The notes under the pieces were generated by a model. The model made no database searches, had not been told where the DNA came from, and saw only the letters and a program-made list of their open reading frames with translations. From positions 224,001-288,000 of the forward strand of contig CBDDFZ010000001.1 in assembly GCA_965227515.1 (NCBI GenBank): DNA of 64,000 nt, written 5' to 3'. The DNA comes from Alphaproteobacteria bacterium (GTDB lineage: Bacteria; Pseudomonadota; Alphaproteobacteria; CALKHQ01). A program made the translations under genes and the position numbers. Positions 60,269 to 64,000 of this stretch are shown here, one piece after another (the first letter of the stretch is position 1; each line of letters starts with the position of its first letter).

Positions 60269-60907
60269 ATGGCGGGCAGGGTCCTGACCATTGCGCAACA
60301 GAAGGGCGGCGCCGGCAAATCCACGCTGGCGGTCAACCTGGCGGTGGCCTGGGCGCGCGCCGGGCACACGACCGCGCTCGTGGACATCGATCCGCAGGGC
60401 TCAACCGCGCGCTGGGCCGAGGTGCGCGCCACCGACCCGGCCTTGGAAGACAGCGGTCTGTCGGCCACCGTCATCACCGGCTGGCGCACCACCAATCAGG
60501 TGAAACGGCTGGCGGACGAGAACGACGTGGTCGTCATCGACAGCCCGCCCCATGCCGAGACCGACGCCAAGCTCGCGATCCGCGCCGCCGACACCGTGGT
60601 GGTGCCGATGCAGCCGGGGCCAGCCGACCTGTGGGCGACCGCGCCGACGCTGGACATCGCCACCGCCGAGAAGCGGCCCTGCCTGATCGTGCTCAACCGG
60701 GTGCCGCCGCGCGGCAAGCTGGTGGAGCGCATCGTCGCCGAGGTCGAGGCGATGGACCGCGCCAATCTGGGCGTGGCGGCCGCGCGCATCGGCAATCGGA
60801 TCGCCTTCGCATCGGCCTTCGCGGAGGGCAAGGGCGTGCTGGAGAGCGAACCGCGCGGGCAGGCGGCGGCGGAGATCAAGGCGCTGGCCGACGAATTGCT
60901 GGGCTGA
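60269..60907 (+). CDS. Orphan ParA/MinD family ATPase
   Basis: QQKGGAGKST deviant Walker A, DIDPQGS, IDSPP; no adjacent parB. Confidence 0.9.
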   Translation: MAGRVLTIAQQKGGAGKSTLAVNLAVAWARAGHTTALVDIDPQGSTARWAEVRATDPALEDSGLSATVITGWRTTNQVKRLADENDVVVIDSPPHAETDAKLAIRAADTVVVPMQPGPADLWATAPTLDIATAEKRPCLIVLNRVPPRGKLVERIVAEVEAMDRANLGVAAARIGNRIAFASAFAEGKGVLESEPRGQAAAEIKALADELLG

Positions 60908-60940
60908 GGGTCGACGATCCATGTCGGCACCGGCCGAACG

Positions 60941-60966
60941 AAAACGCCGGCCCTGAGGCCGGCGTC
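60941..60966. terminator. Rho-independent terminator hairpin between convergent genes
   Basis: AAAACGCCGGCC-CTGA-GGCCGGCGT; U-tail on the minus strand. Confidence 0.65.
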
Positions 60967-60996
60967 TCAAACCGCTAAATCAATCTGTCTGCGCCG

Positions 60997-61755
60997 TCAG
61001 ACCAGCACCGGGTCGTCATCGCCATCCGACGAGCCCTCGCCAACCGACGTGTCGCCCACCGACAAGGACGGCTGGCGCTCGTCCTCGCTGGCCGAGGCCG
61101 GGGGCCGGCGTCGAGTGCGCCGACGGCGCGGCTGCGACTGGGCGTCGTCGTCCCGCGAACCCTCGTCCCGTGAGCCGTCGCCATCATTCGTATCGCCGGC
61201 ATTGGCGTTCGTGCTGGCGTTGTCGGAAGCCGCCGACGCGCCCTCATCCTGGTCGCCGTCCGCCTGTGCGGGAGGCCGGCGGCCATTGGACCGGCGCGTG
61301 CGCTTTTCGCCGCGCGGATCGTTCCCCGACACCTCTTCCTGCCGGAACTGACCACCGTTCTGGCCGCCTTGCTGAGGATCGGGCATCTGCGGCTGTTCCG
61401 CCTGCAATGCATCATCGCGGTCATGGCCGTTGACCGCCGCGCCGTTGTTGTTGTGATTGCCCGCCGCAGCACCATTGGCCTGGTTCGCCTGATTGGCCGA
61501 CGCAGGGTCCGTCGTCGCGTTGATCACGCGATAATAATGCTCGGCGTGCTGGAAGTAATTCTCGGCCATCACACGGTCGCCCGACGAACTGGCGTCGCGC
61601 GCCAGCGTCAGGTACTTCTCGTGCACCTGGTAGGCGTTGCCGCGTATACGAACGTTCGGCCCATTGCTGTCGAACGTCTGGTTGCGATTGTTGGTGGGCT
61701 TGCGCCCTGCGTTGCCACGGTTCCGCGGCCGCTTGTGGTTTGAGTTTTGCCTCAT
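60997..61755 (-). CDS. DUF4167 domain protein with a disordered C-terminus
   Basis: FDSNGPNVRIRGNAYQVHEKYLTLARDA..SGDRVMAENYFQHAEHYYR; downstream of prmC. Confidence 0.9.
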   Translation of the reverse strand: MRQNSNHKRPRNRGNAGRKPTNNRNQTFDSNGPNVRIRGNAYQVHEKYLTLARDASSSGDRVMAENYFQHAEHYYRVINATTDPASANQANQANGAAAGNHNNNGAAVNGHDRDDALQAEQPQMPDPQQGGQNGGQFRQEEVSGNDPRGEKRTRRSNGRRPPAQADGDQDEGASAASDNASTNANAGDTNDGDGSRDEGSRDDDAQSQPRRRRTRRRPPASASEDERQPSLSVGDTSVGEGSSDGDDDPVLV

Positions 61756-62062
61756 CACACCGTCTGCAATCCCGACACCCGCACCAATCGGTCCCATCCA
61801 CGTTCGAACCGAAGCGTTCAAGGTTCAGGTGCGCCGGCTTTGCCGGTCTTCCCCGAACAGCGGGCCGATTGTCCTGCCGCACCGATAAACGGTTGCGGAT
61901 TTCCCCAACTCCGGCATCGCCAAGCCGGGCCCTGGTGGCCAATTTGCCACAGCGGACCCTCCGATCCTCGACACCTCAGCGCCCGAAGACCCAAGCGGCT
62001 ATCCGGCCTGCACCGAAGGTATTCGTAGCAAATTGCCGTCTTCGGTTCCAAACCAAATGAGG

Positions 62063-62977
62063 CTAAACGGTGGCACGGTGTGTCTTTGGCGCAGCAGGTG
62101 TTGCCACAAGGCAACGATCATGGCCGGCCAAGTCCCGCCGAATCTCCAGCGTTTTGACGCCGTGGGCGTCGAGCACATGCCGCACCGCATCGGCCTGTCC
62201 GGCGCCGATTTCGATGAACGCACGACCGCCTGGCCTGATCACCCGCGCCAGATCGACCGCGAGGGCGCGATAGGCATCCAGGCCGTCCAAGCCACCGTCC
62301 AGGGCCAGGCGCGGATCGTTGGCGCCGACCTCCGGCGACAGCCTCTCTATTTGCTCCCGTTCAATATAGGGCGGATTTGTAAGGATGATATCAACGGCCC
62401 GATCGGCAATGGCATCGGTCCAATCGCCGACCGCAAACGCCGCCCGCGACGCCAGGCCCAGCCGGCTCGCATTGCGCCGCGCGACCTCGACCGCGCCCGC
62501 GCTGCGATCGATGCCAACGCCGTGCAGGCCGGGACGCTCGTGCAGCAACGCCAGCAGCAGGCAGCCGGTACCGGTGCCGAGGTCGAGCGCATCGGTCGCC
62601 CGCCCATGCTCGGCGGCAAACGCGGCCGCCGCCTCAACCAGCACCTCGCTGTCCGGGCGCGGGTCCAGCGTATCGGGCCCAAGCTCGAAGCTCAGGCTCC
62701 AGAACTCGCGGCTGCCGACGATGCGCGACACCGGCTCGCGGCCGCACCGCCGCGCGATCGCTTCCGCGAAGGCCGCGCACGACGCCGCCGGCAGGGTCTG
62801 ATCCGGGTCGCGCAGCACCTGCTCGCGGGTCAGACCGGTCGCGTGGTTGAGCAAAACGACGGCATCGCGCCTGGGTTCCTCGACGCCGGCCTCGGCCAGG
62901 CGCGTCGTCGCCGCGCGCAGCACCGCATCGACGCGCGCGCCGGGCTCGATCCATGAATTCCGGAGCACCTGGGCCAC
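62063..62977 (-). CDS. prmC: Release factor glutamine methyltransferase
   Basis: REPVSRIVG.REFW, PRPDSE, DLGTGTG, NPPYI, ALDGGLDGL. Confidence 0.96.
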   Translation of the reverse strand: MAQVLRNSWIEPGARVDAVLRAATTRLAEAGVEEPRRDAVVLLNHATGLTREQVLRDPDQTLPAASCAAFAEAIARRCGREPVSRIVGSREFWSLSFELGPDTLDPRPDSEVLVEAAAAFAAEHGRATDALDLGTGTGCLLLALLHERPGLHGVGIDRSAGAVEVARRNASRLGLASRAAFAVGDWTDAIADRAVDIILTNPPYIEREQIERLSPEVGANDPRLALDGGLDGLDAYRALAVDLARVIRPGGRAFIEIGAGQADAVRHVLDAHGVKTLEIRRDLAGHDRCLVATPAAPKTHRATV

Positions 62978-62982
62978 CCAGG

Positions 62983-64000
62983 CTAGTTCAGGGCGGCTAG
63001 CCGGGCGGCCTGGTCCTCGGTGGTCAGGGCATCGACCAACTCGTCGAGGGCAACGCCTGCCAGGATCTGGTCGAGCTTGTGCAGGGTCAGGTTGATGCGG
63101 TGGTCGGTCACCCGGTTCTGCGGAAAGTTGTAGGTGCGAATGCGCTCCGACCGGTCGCCGCTGCCGACCTGGCTGCGCCGGTCCGCCGCCCGCTCGGCAT
63201 CGACCCGCGCGCGTTCGGCGTCGTAGAGCCGCGCGCGCAGCACTTTCATCGCCTTGGCGCGGTTCTTGTGCTGGGACTTCTCGTCCTGCTGCGAGACCAC
63301 GATGCCGGTCGGCAGGTGGGTAATGCGGACCGCGCTGTCGGTGGTGTTGACCGACTGGCCGCCGGGACCCGATGCCCTGAACACGTCGATCCTGAGATCG
63401 CCCTCGTCGATGGCGACGTCGACCTCCTCGGCCTCGGGCAGCACCGCCACAGTGGCGGCGGAGGTGTGGATGCGCCCGCTGGATTCGGTGACCGGCACGC
63501 GCTGCACCCGGTGCACGCCTGATTCGTACTTCAGGCGGGCGAACACCTGGCGACCGGAAATCGTCGCCGACGCCTCCTTGATGCCGCCGATGCCGGTTTC
63601 CGACATGCTGATGATCTCCATCTTCCAGCGATGGATATCGGCATAGCGCTGGTACATGCGGAACAGGTCGGCCGCGAACAGCGCCGCCTCGTCGCCGCCG
63701 GTGCCGGCGCGCACCTCCAGGATGGCGTTCTTCTCGTCGGCCTCGTCCTTGGGGAGCAGCAGCACGCGGATGCGCTGGTCCAGCGCCTCGACCTTCTCGC
63801 GCGCGGGCTCAAGCTCCGCCTCGGCCAGTTCACGCATCTCCGCGTCACCATCCGGGTCGGCGATCATCTCTTCCAGGTCGGCAAGCTCGCTTGAGCTGGC
63901 GTTCAACTCACCGATCACCTGCACCAGAGGTGCCAGGTCGGCAAACTCCTTCGACAGGCTGGCATAGTCGGCCTGGCTCATCTCGCCGGCCTGGCCCAGC
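62983..64000 (-). CDS. prfA: Peptide chain release factor 1 (5' end outside the window)
   Basis: PVT specificity tripeptide, [19 protein letters not shown]. Confidence 0.98.
   Translation of the reverse strand, partial: LGQAGEMSQADYASLSKEFADLAPLVQVIGELNASSSELADLEEMIADPDGDAEMRELAEAELEPAREKVEALDQRIRVLLLPKDEADEKNAILEVRAGTGGDEAALFAADLFRMYQRYADIHRWKMEIISMSETGIGGIKEASATISGRQVFARLKYESGVHRVQRVPVTESSGRIHTSAATVAVLPEAEEVDVAIDEGDLRIDVFRASGPGGQSVNTTDSAVRITHLPTGIVVSQQDEKSQHKNRAKAMKVLRARLYDAERARVDAERAADRRSQVGSGDRSERIRTYNFPQNRVTDHRINLTLHKLDQILAGVALDELVDALTTEDQAARLAALN

Noticed and set aside
62983-64000. Programmed frameshift in the release factor gene
   Set aside because: The PVT motif and linkage to prmC identify RF1; the visible frame is continuous

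Overview
GC-rich alphaproteobacterial chromosomal segment (Rhodospirillales/Rhizobiales-like gene order) with a housekeeping backbone (petABC-mtnP, uvrC, purB, ATPase zeta inhibitor, purC-purS, tsaC/sua5, prmC, prfA) and several accessory blocks. Block 1 (about 0-13 kb) is a probable short-chain carboxylate uptake and sensing locus: a HAAT-type ABC transporter, a ScfR/RamB-family XRE regulator, a stand-alone receiver and an SLC5-fused histidine kinase. The regulator carries an internal segment that aligns with the His-phosphoacceptor (DHp) hairpin of the neighbouring kinase, suggesting an unusual kinase-receiver-transcription factor relay. Block 2 (24.6-30 kb) is three tandem wHTH/TolB-N/TPR paralogues. 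Block 3 (36-39.6 kb) is two tandem PAS-PAS chemoreceptors. Block 4 (41.6-56.4 kb) is a carbohydrate catabolic island directly after purS: SorC and LacI regulators, an SDR, a class I aldolase-like protein, a PfkB kinase, a sugar ABC transporter, a degenerate PanB-like protein and a sterol-desaturase/MocE/MocF oxygenase trio, consistent with demethylation or debranching of a methylated sugar or polyol. Four families of small palindromic repeats occur. No tRNA, rRNA, CRISPR array, integrase or transposase was seen. All calls come from motif reading by eye; no database searches were run.
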